Below, piece by piece: positions 1-10,300 of a stretch of DNA of 64,000 nucleotides. Below the pieces are notes generated by a model, which was not told the origin of the DNA, searched no databases, and saw nothing but the letters and a program-made list of their open reading frames with translations. Origin of the DNA: Candidatus Krumholzibacteriia bacterium. Its GTDB lineage: Bacteria; Krumholzibacteriota; Krumholzibacteriia; JAJRXK01. A program made the translations under genes and the position numbers. The stretch is taken from positions 32,001 to 96,000 of the forward strand of contig JBGPIA010000016.1 of assembly GCA_041484665.1 (NCBI GenBank), read 5' to 3'. Within the stretch, counting starts at the first letter, position 1; every line of letters starts with the position of its first letter.

Positions 1-1187
1 GCGGCTCCCAGCGGTCCGAGCAACTGTTGGCAGTTCACGAAGTCCCTGACGTGCCGCAGCGTGAAAAAGTATGCGACGGGGGTCTCCCCTCCGGCCAGCG
101 TCTGCGTCTGCTCGCGCAGGTTGAGCAATCCCGCCCAGACGGAGTACCCCGGTGAGAGCCGCGCCAGCGCCAGGTGCAGCGCCGTCGCCAGCCCCGCAGC
201 GAGCACGAGATCGACGAGCGCGCGGCGCGGCGCCCGGCGCAGACCACTGGCGGCGAGCACCATGAGCGCGGGCGCGAGGACCAGGTTGGATACGTGCAGC
301 GCCACCAGGAACAGGAAGAGCGCCAGCGGCACGAGGAGGCGCAGGCGCCCTTGCAGGGACAGCACACCGGACGTCAGAAACGTACCGAGCGCGAGGGCCG
401 GGAAGGCGTAGTTCTCGATGTAGCCGTAGAAGAGCTCGGCGTACCCTTGCGCCAAGAGCACCAAGGCGACCAGCAGGGCAACGGCGCCAGCGCCAGCGCC
501 GGGCGTGGCGGAGGTCGCCGATTCCGCGCCGGCGGCCGGCGAATGGGAGATCGCGGCCGCCGCGCGCACACAGATTCCGGCGAACGCCGCCGCCACGAAC
601 GCAAATAGCGCGCCGCTGACCACACTTCCAACCGCGACTGCCAGCATGGCCAGGCGGGCGTCGCCTTGGTAAGGACCGCGGCCAGTGAGCGCCAGCGCGG
701 CGCGCAGCAGTCGCTGCTGCAGCCACATCGCCAGCGGCTCACGCGTGTGGAACTCGACCCCTTTGGGCAGATCGGTGAGCAGCGGCCAGCCGTCCCCCAG
801 CACGGTCTGGTGCGAGCGGAGCAGCCAGAAGATCGCGCCGCAGGCGAGCGCCAGGATCGCTGCGGCGAGCCGGGGCCGTGCCTCGACCGTCCGGCCGAGC
901 CGCTCGACTGCCCGCTCCAGACGTCGTGCGCGTCCCAGGAGCACCCACAGGCCCAGCCCACCCAGGCCCACCCACGCGACAATCGCCGCCCATCCGGGCA
1001 GGTAGGCGTATTGATGGAATCCCCAGAAGCTGCGGCGCAGGGAACCGCGTGCGGCGATCTGCAGCGCAAGCGTCGCGAGCAGGAGCACCAAGGCGACGAT
1101 CCGCAACCCCCTGGGCAGAGCAGCGCGCGCGGAGTCTGCGATGGCCAGCGCCGGACCGCCGGAGTGTGAAGAGCGCGTGTGCGCCAT
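1..1187 (-). CDS. Polytopic membrane protein, GT-C/glycosyltransferase-like; 3' end runs off the window
   Basis: Manually translated open frame from ATG at 1187 (MAHTRSSHSG...) to the window edge. It has many hydrophobic helices and the motifs 'TVLGDGW' and 'ELFYGYIENYAF'. It is missing from the ORF track because there is no stop in the window. Confidence 0.65.
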   Translation of the reverse strand, partial: MAHTRSSHSGGPALAIADSARAALPRGLRIVALVLLLATLALQIAARGSLRRSFWGFHQYAYLPGWAAIVAWVGLGGLGLWVLLGRARRLERAVERLGRTVEARPRLAAAILALACGAIFWLLRSHQTVLGDGWPLLTDLPKGVEFHTREPLAMWLQQRLLRAALALTGRGPYQGDARLAMLAVAVGSVVSGALFAFVAAAFAGICVRAAAAISHSPAAGAESATSATPGAGAGAVALLVALVLLAQGYAELFYGYIENYAFPALALGTFLTSGVLSLQGRLRLLVPLALFLFLVALHVSNLVLAPALMVLAASGLRRAPRRALVDLVLAAGLATALHLALARLSPGYSVWAGLLNLREQTQTLAGGETPVAYFFTLRHVRDFVNCQQLLGPLGA

Positions 1188-1454
1188 GCGGCCCCCTACT
1201 GCAGCCTGAAGTGCTGCAGCGCCGACGCAGTGTCTGTCGCACCCGTGACGTCGACCGCTTGCGCCCGGATGTCTGTGGGCCCGGCGCGAGTCGGCGAGTC
1301 CGCGCCCGTCCATTGCACGCCGTCCCCTGGCCTGCGCTGGATGGTGCGCGGCGCGCCGTCGTGCTCCTAGCATCGGCGAACGAGCACGGAGTAGCTAGTG
1401 TCATTCTAGAGTCCGGTGCTTGTATGGCTCCGTTGCCGCGCGTAGTCTCTGTGC

Positions 1455-2980
1455 ATGCCGTCGATCCCCGCAGCAGCGTCGCACGTTTCCGCCTACCTGC
1501 GTCGCGCCGTGACGCCCTCCAGCGGCAGCACCGGGGTGCCGCTCTCGCCTGAGATCCACCGCGACCTGAGCCGCAGGCTGGCCACCGTGGCGCTCTGCTA
1601 TGCGGGCGCGTATCTGCTCGCCTATGGGACGGAGCACGTGCGCATGCTCGTCGGAGGGCAGTCGGAGCACTCACCCCTGTCCCTGGTCATTGCCCTCGTG
1701 TCCATCGCGAGCGGTATCCTGGTGTTCTTCGCGGCGCGCGTGGGCAAGCTTCCGCCGGCATCGTTGGCAAATATCACCCTCGCCTTCCAGGTGTTGGGCG
1801 CTGTGGGGATCATGGGAGGCTCGTGGGGTTGGGAAGGACACTTCGACCTGTACCAGCGTCACGTCTGGCAAGCGATCGGCTCGCCGGATCTGGCGTTTCC
1901 CCAGGGCTTCGTCGATCGGCTGGTCGCCGCCCGGCTGCGCATCGTCTACCTCGAGGGGGTGACGTGGGTGGGCGTGTGGCTGCTGATCGTGCCGATCCTC
2001 GTCCCCATGACACCGCGGCGCACGCTGCTGGCGGTGCTGCTGACTGCCGGTGCGGTCCCGGCCATGCTCGGGTTCTCGGTGGGAGCACACGGCGCACCTG
2101 CATCGATCCGGCCATGGGTCGCCGACCTGCTTCTGGACACCAGCGTGCCGACCTTCATCTGCGCCGCGATCGCCGTCTTCGGCTCGCGCGCCGTGTACCG
2201 TCTGACACGGGATCTCTCGCGCGCCCAGCAGCTCGGGAGCTACCAGCTGGTGGAGCGGATCGGCGTCGGAGGCATGGGCGAGGTGTGGCGCGCCCGTCAC
2301 CAGCTGCTCGCGCGCCCGGCGGCCATCAAGCTCATCAGGCCCGACATCCTCAGCGGGCCGGATCCGGCGTCATCCCGCGAGATGCTCCGCCGCTTCGAGC
2401 GCGAGGCGCAGGCGACCGCTGCTCTGCGCTCGCCGCACACGGTGGAGCTCTACGACTTCGGCATCGCGCAGGACGGCACGTTCTACTACGTGATGGAGAT
2501 GCTCGACGGCTTCGATCTGAAAACGCTGGTCGAGCGGTTCGGCCCGGTGCCGGCATCGCGCGCGATCCATCTGCTGGGACAGGTCTGTCACTCGCTGGAG
2601 GACGCGCACCGGTCGGGTCTGGTGCACCGCGACGTCAAGCCCTCGAATATCTTCATCTGCCGGCGCGGTCTCGACCACGACTTCGTGAAGGTGCTACGAC
2701 TTCGGCCTCGTGAAGAGCGTGGACGGCGCCGACGCCTTTGGCAACGCTCCGCAAGCACGTGCACGATGCGCTGGTTCCTCCGTCGGAGCGCCTGGGCGAG
2801 CCGGTCGCGGCGCCGTTCGAGCGTCTCGTGCTCGATTGCCTGCGCAAGAATCCGGCGGAGCGCCCGCCGAGCGCCGCCGCAGTGGCGACGCGTCTCTCCG
2901 AGTGCGCTGCGTCCATCGGCCCGTGGATGCCGTTGGAGGCCGAGACGTGGTGGAAGCACAACGCGCCCGCGCCCGGCTGA
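1455..2980 (+). pseudogene. Membrane-anchored Ser/Thr protein kinase, frameshifted and internally deleted
   Basis: N-terminal TM helices, then GVGGMGEVW, AAIKLI and HRDVKPSN. One extra base at ~2696 puts DFGLVK out of frame. The C-lobe (ERLVLDCLRKNPAERP...WW) lies in a third frame (2738..2980). The APE and DxYxLG subdomains are not visible. Confidence 0.75.
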
Positions 2981-3963
2981 GCTCCGCAGAGCCTGTCGGC
3001 CCGATCCGGCGCCAGATTGTCAGACCGCGCGAACGTCCCTGCAGGGGGCTTCCCTGGACTCGTGCCGCGCAGAGGTGACCTGTCGAGCCCTTCCCGCCCA
3101 CCCGCTGCGCCTGCGGATCCTACCCGCCCCATCAGGCAGACGCCTCCCCACGGGCGGCCACCCTGGTGGCCGGACGACTCCGGCAGGAGGGCCAGCAGGC
3201 GCATCGGGAACGGAACGCGTCTCGCCCGGGCCGCGGCCTTGAAGATGGAATGGACTTCGACCGCTTTCCAGCCCGCGGGCTCGAAGAACGCCGGACCTTC
3301 AGGCGGCCCGAACTGCAGGGACGAGCTTCCTTGCGCCAGGCGCTGACCCCAGCTCTGCTGCGCCATCTTCAACAAGCCTGGCGAAGTGAGGTCAAGCGCC
3401 CAGCGATGGATCGATGCGTGGGCGGCGAGATCGCGCGCGAGCCCGAGGACATCCTCCCGCGCGAAGTAGATCAGCAGTCCTTCGGTCACGATCAGAGCAC
3501 TCTGCGCCGAGCTGCCCAGGCGGGCGAGCAGCTCGCGGCGGGCCGCGCCGTCCGCCAGGTCGAGCCCGACGCGCTGAAGTCTGCACACCGGCGTCTCACC
3601 GCCGAGCATTTCCTCCTTCTCCACGAGGATGTCCGGAAGGTCCACTTCCACCCAGCGCAGCGACGGCGGCAGCCGCAGACGATAGGGGCGCGCGTCGAGC
3701 CCTGCCGCCAGGTTCACCACCGTGTCGCAACCCTGCTCGACGCAGGCGAGGATGGCGCGGTCGAAGAGATGCGTACGCAACGCCCAGGCCCATTCTCCCG
3801 TGCGGGCAAACTCCCGGGCGATCTGCGCGCCGCGCTCGCCGGCGAGCTTGCGGGCAAAGGGGTCGTGGAACAGCGCGTCGGACCGCTCGGTCTCGATGGC
3901 GCGGTGCGTGGCGACCCAGCGCGCTGTGTCGGAGATGTTGCGGATGAGCGGTTCGTCGTGCAT
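2653..3963 (-). CDS. Class I SAM-dependent methyltransferase (leucine carboxyl methyltransferase-like/TIGR00027 type); conserved part ends near 3125
   Basis: MHDEPLIRNISDTARWVA..RAIE..DPFARKLAG, VVNLAAGLDARPYRL, EVDLP, LIVTEGLLIY. An AAGGAGG RBS precedes ATG 3963. The tail after PWGGVCLMGR looks like read-through. Confidence 0.85.
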   Translation of the reverse strand: MHDEPLIRNISDTARWVATHRAIETERSDALFHDPFARKLAGERGAQIAREFARTGEWAWALRTHLFDRAILACVEQGCDTVVNLAAGLDARPYRLRLPPSLRWVEVDLPDILVEKEEMLGGETPVCRLQRVGLDLADGAARRELLARLGSSAQSALIVTEGLLIYFAREDVLGLARDLAAHASIHRWALDLTSPGLLKMAQQSWGQRLAQGSSSLQFGPPEGPAFFEPAGWKAVEVHSIFKAAARARRVPFPMRLLALLPESSGHQGGRPWGGVCLMGRVGSAGAAGGREGLDRSPLRGTSPGKPPAGTFARSDNLAPDRADRLCGAQPGAGALCFHHVSASNGIHGPMDAAHSERRVATAAALGGRSAGFLRRQSSTRRSNGAATGSPRRSDGGTSASCTCLRSVAKGVGAVHALHEAEVVAPSRSRGRDRAGR

Positions 3964-4025
3964 GGCTGCCTCCTTGCGGCGCCCCCTGCGGTGGAGCAGG
4001 CCGCGACAGGCCAGGCCGCGGCGTG

Positions 4026-5492
4026 TTAGGCCGCGGCGTGCTCGATGGGCGTGGCGACATACCACTGGTTGCCGGACGAGTCCGCCAGGGCGGCGACGCG
4101 CGCGCCGTAGGGTTGGTCTGCGGGCGAGGCCAGCGAGGTTGCACCGGCCTCGATGGCGCGTTGGTACCAGGCGTCCGCGTCGTCCACGTACAGGAAGAAT
4201 TTCGTCGGCATGGGCTGGCACTGGCCGTGTGCCTCGCCCATCTCCACCACCGAGTCGCCGATGCGGACCTTGGCGTGGAGGATCGTGCCCGTGGTCGACC
4301 GGTGGAGGGCCAGCTCCTGCGCGGCGAAGGCGCGCTTGAGGAAATCGACCACCTGGTCGGCGCCTCGCGGGTGAAGAGATGGAGTGATCGTGCGCAAGCC
4401 AGGGGGTGCGAGCCCGGTGGCCTTGTTCGTTGCGATGTACCAGTGGTTGCCGGCCAGATCGCGGACGCTGCCTTCGCGGTCACCGTAGTCCATGTCCGTT
4501 GGCGGCTTGATGGACGTGGCGCCCGCGGCGATCGCGCGCTGGTACACGGCGTCGGCGTCGTGGACGTAGAGATGGATCGCCGTCGGCATGGGCGTCCCGC
4601 TGAAAGCCTTGCCGCCGCCGATCATCACCATCGAGTCGCCGATCCGGTACTCGCCGTGGATGCCCCCCTGGGACCCCGTCCCCAGGACTTTGCCTTGCGC
4701 GCCGAAGGCCTGCTCCACGAACCCGATCAGCTCCTCGGCCTCGCGCACCGCGAGATACGGCGTGACCGTGTGGAAGCCTTCGGGAATGGGTCGCGTCCGG
4801 CGCGGCGCGTCCGCCGTGGGTGCGGCGCCGGCTCCCTGCCCGCGCATCAGCGCATCGAAGCGCCGCTGCATCTCGGTCGGTGCGACCTCCTCGGTGCGCA
4901 TGGAGAGGATCCAGGTGAGGCCGAACGGGTCAGCCACCTTTCCGGAGCGCTCTCCGTAGAACTGATCCTCGACCGGTCGGGTGAGACTCGCGCCGGCCGC
5001 CACGGCCCGACGGGCGAAGGCGTCCACATCGTCGACCTGCAGATGGATCTTCACCGGTGAGCCTCCGATCGCCTGCGGGCTGAGCGCGCCGTAATCCGGG
5101 AACTCGTCGGAGAGCATGATGGTGGATTGGCCGATGCGAAGCTCGGCGTGGCCGATCCGCCCACCGGGGTCGGTCAGGCGGTACAGCTCCACCGCGCCAA
5201 ACGCCCGCGCGTAGAACTCGATGGCGGCCGCTGCGTCGCGGACGCACAGGTACGCGGTGGCGGTCTGGCGAGCCGGGGGTGCGGCGACCACGTCAGTTGC
5301 CATGGAGGCTTTCCTGTCGATCTCGCCGCGAAGCCGGGAACGGAACGCGGGGCGCGGCAAATCGCGCAGGTCGTCAGCGATACGCACGAGCGGGGCGACC
5401 GTCGCGTCCACGGGGGGTGGCGCGGCATGCGGATTGGCGAGCAACGCCGTCAGCGCCGCGTCGAGTTGGTCGGACTGGGACGGCTTAGCCAT
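4026..5492 (-). CDS. VOC/glyoxalase (PhnB-like) protein with three VOC domains and a ~63-aa N-terminal helical extension
   Basis: Three repeats of the pattern 'T(A/P)xL..A...I.F...AFGA...H(A/G)..RIG.S...L.V.D.DA...RA..AGA......D..YG.R...D..G..W'. The start overlaps the upstream sigma stop (ATGGCTAA). Confidence 0.9.
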   Translation of the reverse strand: MAKPSQSDQLDAALTALLANPHAAPPPVDATVAPLVRIADDLRDLPRPAFRSRLRGEIDRKASMATDVVAAPPARQTATAYLCVRDAAAAIEFYARAFGAVELYRLTDPGGRIGHAELRIGQSTIMLSDEFPDYGALSPQAIGGSPVKIHLQVDDVDAFARRAVAAGASLTRPVEDQFYGERSGKVADPFGLTWILSMRTEEVAPTEMQRRFDALMRGQGAGAAPTADAPRRTRPIPEGFHTVTPYLAVREAEELIGFVEQAFGAQGKVLGTGSQGGIHGEYRIGDSMVMIGGGKAFSGTPMPTAIHLYVHDADAVYQRAIAAGATSIKPPTDMDYGDREGSVRDLAGNHWYIATNKATGLAPPGLRTITPSLHPRGADQVVDFLKRAFAAQELALHRSTTGTILHAKVRIGDSVVEMGEAHGQCQPMPTKFFLYVDDADAWYQRAIEAGATSLASPADQPYGARVAALADSSGNQWYVATPIEHAAA

Positions 5493-6066
5493 TGCCTTCA
5501 CCTATCCGCGCGCGCAAGTTCTGCAACGCACGGAACTGGAGCTGCTTGATCGCGCCTTCGGACCGTTGCAGGGCATGGGCGACCTCGCGGATGCTCTGCT
5601 CGCCGGCGAAGCGCAACTCGATGACACGGCGCTGATCGGCCGGGAGGCTCTCTACCAGTTGGAAGAGCTCGGCGCGCCGCTCGACCTCCGCGAGCTCGGC
5701 CGCGGCCGGCTCGTGCGGAATCTGCCCTTCCCGCGCCTCTTGCGTCGCTTGCCCCTCTTCGGACACCGGGTTTTGGCGCTCGCGAGCCGCCCGCTTCCAG
5801 CGGTCGGCGACGGCGTTGGCGGCAATCCGCAAGAGCCAGGCCGACAACGGGATGCCGCGCCACTCGAAGCGTGGAAGGCCTGCGAGCGCCTGATGGAACA
5901 CGTCGGACGTCAGGTCCTGCGCCACATCGCGGTCACGGACGCGGCGCGCGATGAAGGCATAGACACGGTCGAAATGGCGCTCGTAGAGCGCGGCGAAGTG
6001 GCGCGGGTCCCGCTGTGCCGCTTCCACGAGCTGCCGCTCATCAGGTTCGTGCCCGGGCGCCTTCAA
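5485..6066 (-). CDS. ECF RNA polymerase sigma-70 factor
   Basis: Region 2 (FAALYERHFDRVYAFI..AQDLTSDVF..AWLLRIAAN) and region 4 (LPADQRRVIELRFAGEQSIREVA..SEGAIKQLQFRAL). The probable TTG start at 6066 follows GGAGAACCC. Confidence 0.9.
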   Translation of the reverse strand: MKAPGHEPDERQLVEAAQRDPRHFAALYERHFDRVYAFIARRVRDRDVAQDLTSDVFHQALAGLPRFEWRGIPLSAWLLRIAANAVADRWKRAARERQNPVSEEGQATQEAREGQIPHEPAAAELAEVERRAELFQLVESLPADQRRVIELRFAGEQSIREVAHALQRSEGAIKQLQFRALQNLRARIGEGNG

Positions 6067-6110
6067 GGGTTCTCCGTCCGACGTCTTCCTCGGCGACTTG
6101 CCACTGGATA

Positions 6111-6137
6111 GTAACTGCGATGGCGGCGAAAGGTTAC
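6111..6137 (-). promoter_or_regulatory. Candidate ECF-type promoter / inverted repeat GTAAC-N17-GTTAC
   Basis: The minus strand reads GTAACctttcgccgccatcgcaGTTAC about 45 nt upstream of the ECF start, matching the AAC(-35)/GT(-10) geometry of ECF promoters. Confidence 0.4.
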
Positions 6138-6322
6138 GGTGCGGATGGGGGGCACTTTCCGGGGGAAGGGCTGCCGGCGCAGCGCGCCGGCGGGGCGACC
6201 TTCCGACAACATGGGGCCGCGGTGCGAGAAACCGCGCCTGCGCCTGGGGGCGTGCTGGCGCGGCGGGCGGCCCGTAGCGCAGAGGAGATCCCGCATCTCT
6301 CCACCACCCCTGCCCGCCGCGG

Positions 6323-6374
6323 CTTCCAGCCGCCGATTCCAGTCGCGACTTCAAGCCGCCGGTTTCAGTCGCGC
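6323..6374 (+). repeat. Four imperfect 13-bp tandem units in the divergent inter-sigma spacer
   Basis: cttccagccgccg / attccagtcgcga / cttcaagccgccg / gtttcagtcgcgc. Confidence 0.6.
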
Positions 6375-6451
6375 CGTCCCCCTGCCCCGTCGCGCTGTCC
6401 CGTCCGGCGGCCCCTTCCCACGGCCCCTGCGGCTCCCGTACCATTCCACCC

Positions 6452-7027
6452 ATGGCTGAGGATCTGACCGCCTGGTTCCGTCAGCTCTCCGACGGTGATG
6501 CCGGATCGCTGGACCGCATCGTGCGCGTGTTGTACGCCGAGCTGCACGAGCTGGCGCGCTGGCGTCTGCGCGACGAGCGTCGCGGCCACACCCTCCCCGC
6601 GACCGCGCTGGTGAACGAGGCCTACCTGCGCCTTGCCCACCAGAATCGCATCGCCGCCGGGAGCCGCACGCAGTTCTTCGCGGTGGCCTCGAACACCATG
6701 CGCCGCGCACTGGTCGACTACGTACGCACCCGCGCCCGCTTGAAGCGCGGCGGGGGCATGGAACGCGTCCCGCTGGAGCACGCCGAGGCGCTGCTCACCG
6801 ACGAGGAGGCCGACGAGCTGCTCGCGCTGGAAGACGCTTTGGGCCGGCTCGCCCAGCTGAATCCGCGTGGGGCCCAGGTCGTCGAGCACCGCTTCTTCCC
6901 CGGTCTTTCCGTCGAGGAGATCGCCGAGTTGCTCGGCGTATCATCGAAGACCGTGCAGCGCGACTGGATCGCAGCGCGCGCATGGCTCCGCAAGGAAGTG
7001 GCCCGGGACCTCGGATTGCCCGAGCGA
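6452..7027 (+). CDS. ECF sigma factor, TIGR02999/ECF43-like; no stop at the expected end
   Basis: LYAELHELA..HTLPATALVNEAYLRL..FFAVASNTMRRALVDY..KRGG..VSSKTVQRDWIAARAWL. After ARDLGLPE the codon at 7025-7027 is CGA rather than a stop. Confidence 0.85.
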
Positions 7028-7312
7028 CGCGCGGCACGTGGACGGTGCCTGCCCGATGACCGCCGCGGACGAGCGCCCCGCCCCAGCGCCGCGATTTCCA
7101 AGCCCTCCACCGGGAGCGAATGGTCTACAATCATGGGAGCCATCTTGCGAGAGGTCGCTTGGCCGCCCCCTGGCAATCCTCGGATCGCCGGCGGATCGGC
7201 GCCACAGCGCTCTCTCTGCCCGCCGACCCACCTGTCGGGTCGGATCGCTGCAACGCATCTCGAGGTTGTTCCCCCCGAACGGCCGTTCGCACCATCAGCT
7301 CCGGGAGATATC

Positions 7313-10300
7313 GTGCGTACAACTCGGCGCATCGCCGTGCTCTCTCTGCTCTCGCTCGGCCTTCTGCTGACCCTCAGCCCACCCACCCAAGCCGCCGAGG
7401 GCACGCCCGAGACCCCCTCGGCGACGACCATCGGGGCGGCCGGCGTCGCGGAGCCCGTCAGCGCCGTCATGCAGCGCCAGGCTGAGCTGGAAGCTGCCGG
7501 GCGGGCGGAGCGGGATGTGGAAGAGGAGATCGAGCAGCCCGATCGTTCCCACTTGCCCCAGAATCCGGATTCGCAACCCGTCCCCCAGCTCCCCGAGCTG
7601 CCCCCGGGATTCAAGCCGCAGCCCGGCGAGGTCAGGACGCTCAGCCCGCAGACGGTCGGGACGAACTTCACGGGCGCGACTCTCGCCGGGATCAACCCGA
7701 CGCTGTCGTTCCCACCGGATTGCATGGGCGTCGTCGGGCCAACGCAGTACGTCGTGTTCGTGAACGGACGCCTGGTGACGTTCAACAAGGCGACCGGGCT
7801 TGCCGACGGCGTCCTCAACGCCGACCCCGATGTGTTCTTCTCCTCGGTCCGGAACGGCTCGATCACCAGCGATCCGCGGATCCGGTACGACCGTCTGACC
7901 GCTCGCTGGATCCTGGTGATCATTAATGTCTCGACCCCCAACCGCATCCTGCTCGCCGTAAGCGATGCTGCGAGCGCCGGCGTGGTCACTCCCAGCACGG
8001 TGTTCACCTTCTGGTTCATTCCGATCGCCTCCACGCCACCGGCGATCTCGAGCACGTGCCTCGCGGACTACCCGACGCTGGGTGTGGACGCGAACGCCCT
8101 CTACATCGGTACGGACAACTTCTGCGGCTCCCCCCAGGCGTTCAACAGCACCGATGGATACGTCGTCCGCAAGAGCTCGGTCCTGGGCGCCGGCCCAATC
8201 ATCTTGACCGTGTTCCGCGGTCTCGCCCCGACCGCCACCTCCGCTGGTCCTTATGCGCCCCAGGGAGTGGACAACTTCGACCCGGCTGCCACGGAGGGCT
8301 ACTTCATCGGCGTGGACAACGCCACGTTCGGCACCCTGATGATGCGGCGCGTGGCAAACCCCGGTGGAACCCCCACGATCTCCACCAACATCTCCATCAC
8401 CGTCCCGGCGACGACCTTCCCGAACCGCGTTCCCCACCTCGGCAATACCGGCGGGGCCAACGGCCAGCTCAGCGCGTTGGACGACCGGTTGTTCGCCGCC
8501 CATCTCCGCAGCGGCCGGCTCTGGACGGCGCACAACATCGGCGTGAACAACACCGGCGCTGCCAGCGGCTCCATCACGCGCGACGGATCGCGGTGGTACG
8601 AGCTGAGCGTCCCGGTCGGCAGCGGCATGCCGACGGTGGTCCAGGCGGGGACCGTGTTCACGGCGTCGGCCACGAACCTGAACGACCAGCGGTACTACTG
8701 GATCCCCTCGATCATGGTCTCGGGACAGGGGCACGCGGCTTTGGGCTTCAGCACGGCGGGGACGAACGAGCGGGCGAATGCGGCCGTTGTCGGCCGCCTG
8801 CTGGGTGAGCCCGCCGGGACGATGGAGACGCCCGTCCTGTTCACGAGCAGCGCGACAGCCTACAACCCGCCCAGCGACCCGGGCGGCGCGAACGGCCGCC
8901 GATGGGGCGATTACTCCTACACGAGCGTCGATCCGCTCGACGACCAGACGATGTGGACCGTCCAGATGTTCACCGACGCGACGAATTCGTACGGAGTGCG
9001 CGTCGCGAAGCTCATCGCGCCGCCGCCGGCCATGCCAGGCTCCATCGCCGACGTCAATGCCGGTCAGAACCCGGTGGCGGTGAGCCTCACCGGCGTGTCG
9101 GCCGCCGGATCGGGCTTCTACGACCCCGGCGCGGATCTGCCGGGCGTCCCAGCGTTCCACCACGTCTCTGTTGGGGTGAGCAACGGCGGCGCAACCGGCA
9201 CTCCTCCCAGCGTCGTCTCGGCCACGTACGTGGCCCCGGCGACGATCGCGCTCGTGCTGGACGCCGCGTCTGCGACTCCCAACCTGGCCGGCGAGAAGTA
9301 CACGGTGACGGTGAAGAACCCGGACGGGCAGACGGCCTCGGCGGCAGTGCTGCGGGTGGTCGGCACCGCGCCGGTCGCGACGATTGCCGTGGGTCCCGGC
9401 CTCCCCGAGGGCAACAGTGGGACCACCGCGTTCGAGTTCACCGTCAATCTCTCCTCGGCCGCGACAGCCCTCGTGACCATCGACTACCAGACGGGTGACG
9501 GCACGGCCACCGTGGCCGACAACGACTACCAGGCAGCGACCACCGCGATCACCATCCCGTTCGGGCAGGCCACCGGCACCATCATCGTGAACGTCAACGG
9601 AGACAACAAGTTCGAGACGGATGAGTCGCTCGTTGTCACGCTGACCGCAGCGACGAGCGCCACCCTCGGAGCAACCGTCACGGCCAGCGGAACGATCCAG
9701 AACGACGACAGTCAGCCCGCGATCAGCATCGCAGCCGCCGTGAGCGCCGCAGAGGGCAACAGCGGCAGCCCACCCTTCGTACTCCCCGTCTCGCTCTCGA
9801 ATCCGAGCGCGAGCCCGGTCTCGGCTCACTACGCTGTTTCGGATGGCACGGCCACACTGGCGGACAATGACTATGGGGCAGCGAGCGGAACGGTGACGAT
9901 TCCCGCCGGCCAGACGTCGGGTGCGATCACGGTGGATGTCGTCGGCGACACCAAGCACGAAGCCGACGAGACGTTCGGGGTCAGTCTCTCGGGCCCCTCG
10001 GGCGGGACCTTGGGCAACGCGTCTGCAAACGCGACCATCACCAACGACGATCAGCCGCCGGCCGTATCCATCGACAGCATCGCTCTCGCGGAGGGCGACA
10101 CCGGCACGCAGGCGTTCGTGTTTACCGTCTCGCTGTCGCAGGCGAGCGGCCTGCCGGCGGCGGTCGATTTCGCCACGGCGGACGGCACGGCGCTCTTGGC
10201 GAACAACGACTACCAAGCGGAGTCGGGCACGCTGAGCTTCGCCCCGGGCGTCGTCTCACAGCCCGCGTCCGTGCTCGTCAACGGGGACCAGATCCTGGAG

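Noticed and set aside
6067..6453. N-terminal extension of the minus-strand ECF sigma given in the ORF track
   Set aside because: Low-complexity translation of intergenic DNA; a better RBS and TTG start exist at 6066.
7295..10216. Long antisense ORFs (973 aa here; also 31638..33611, 36915..39392, 55500..57554, 60262..62442)
   Set aside because: They are shadow frames of well-supported genes in high-GC DNA, Arg/Gly-rich and without motifs.
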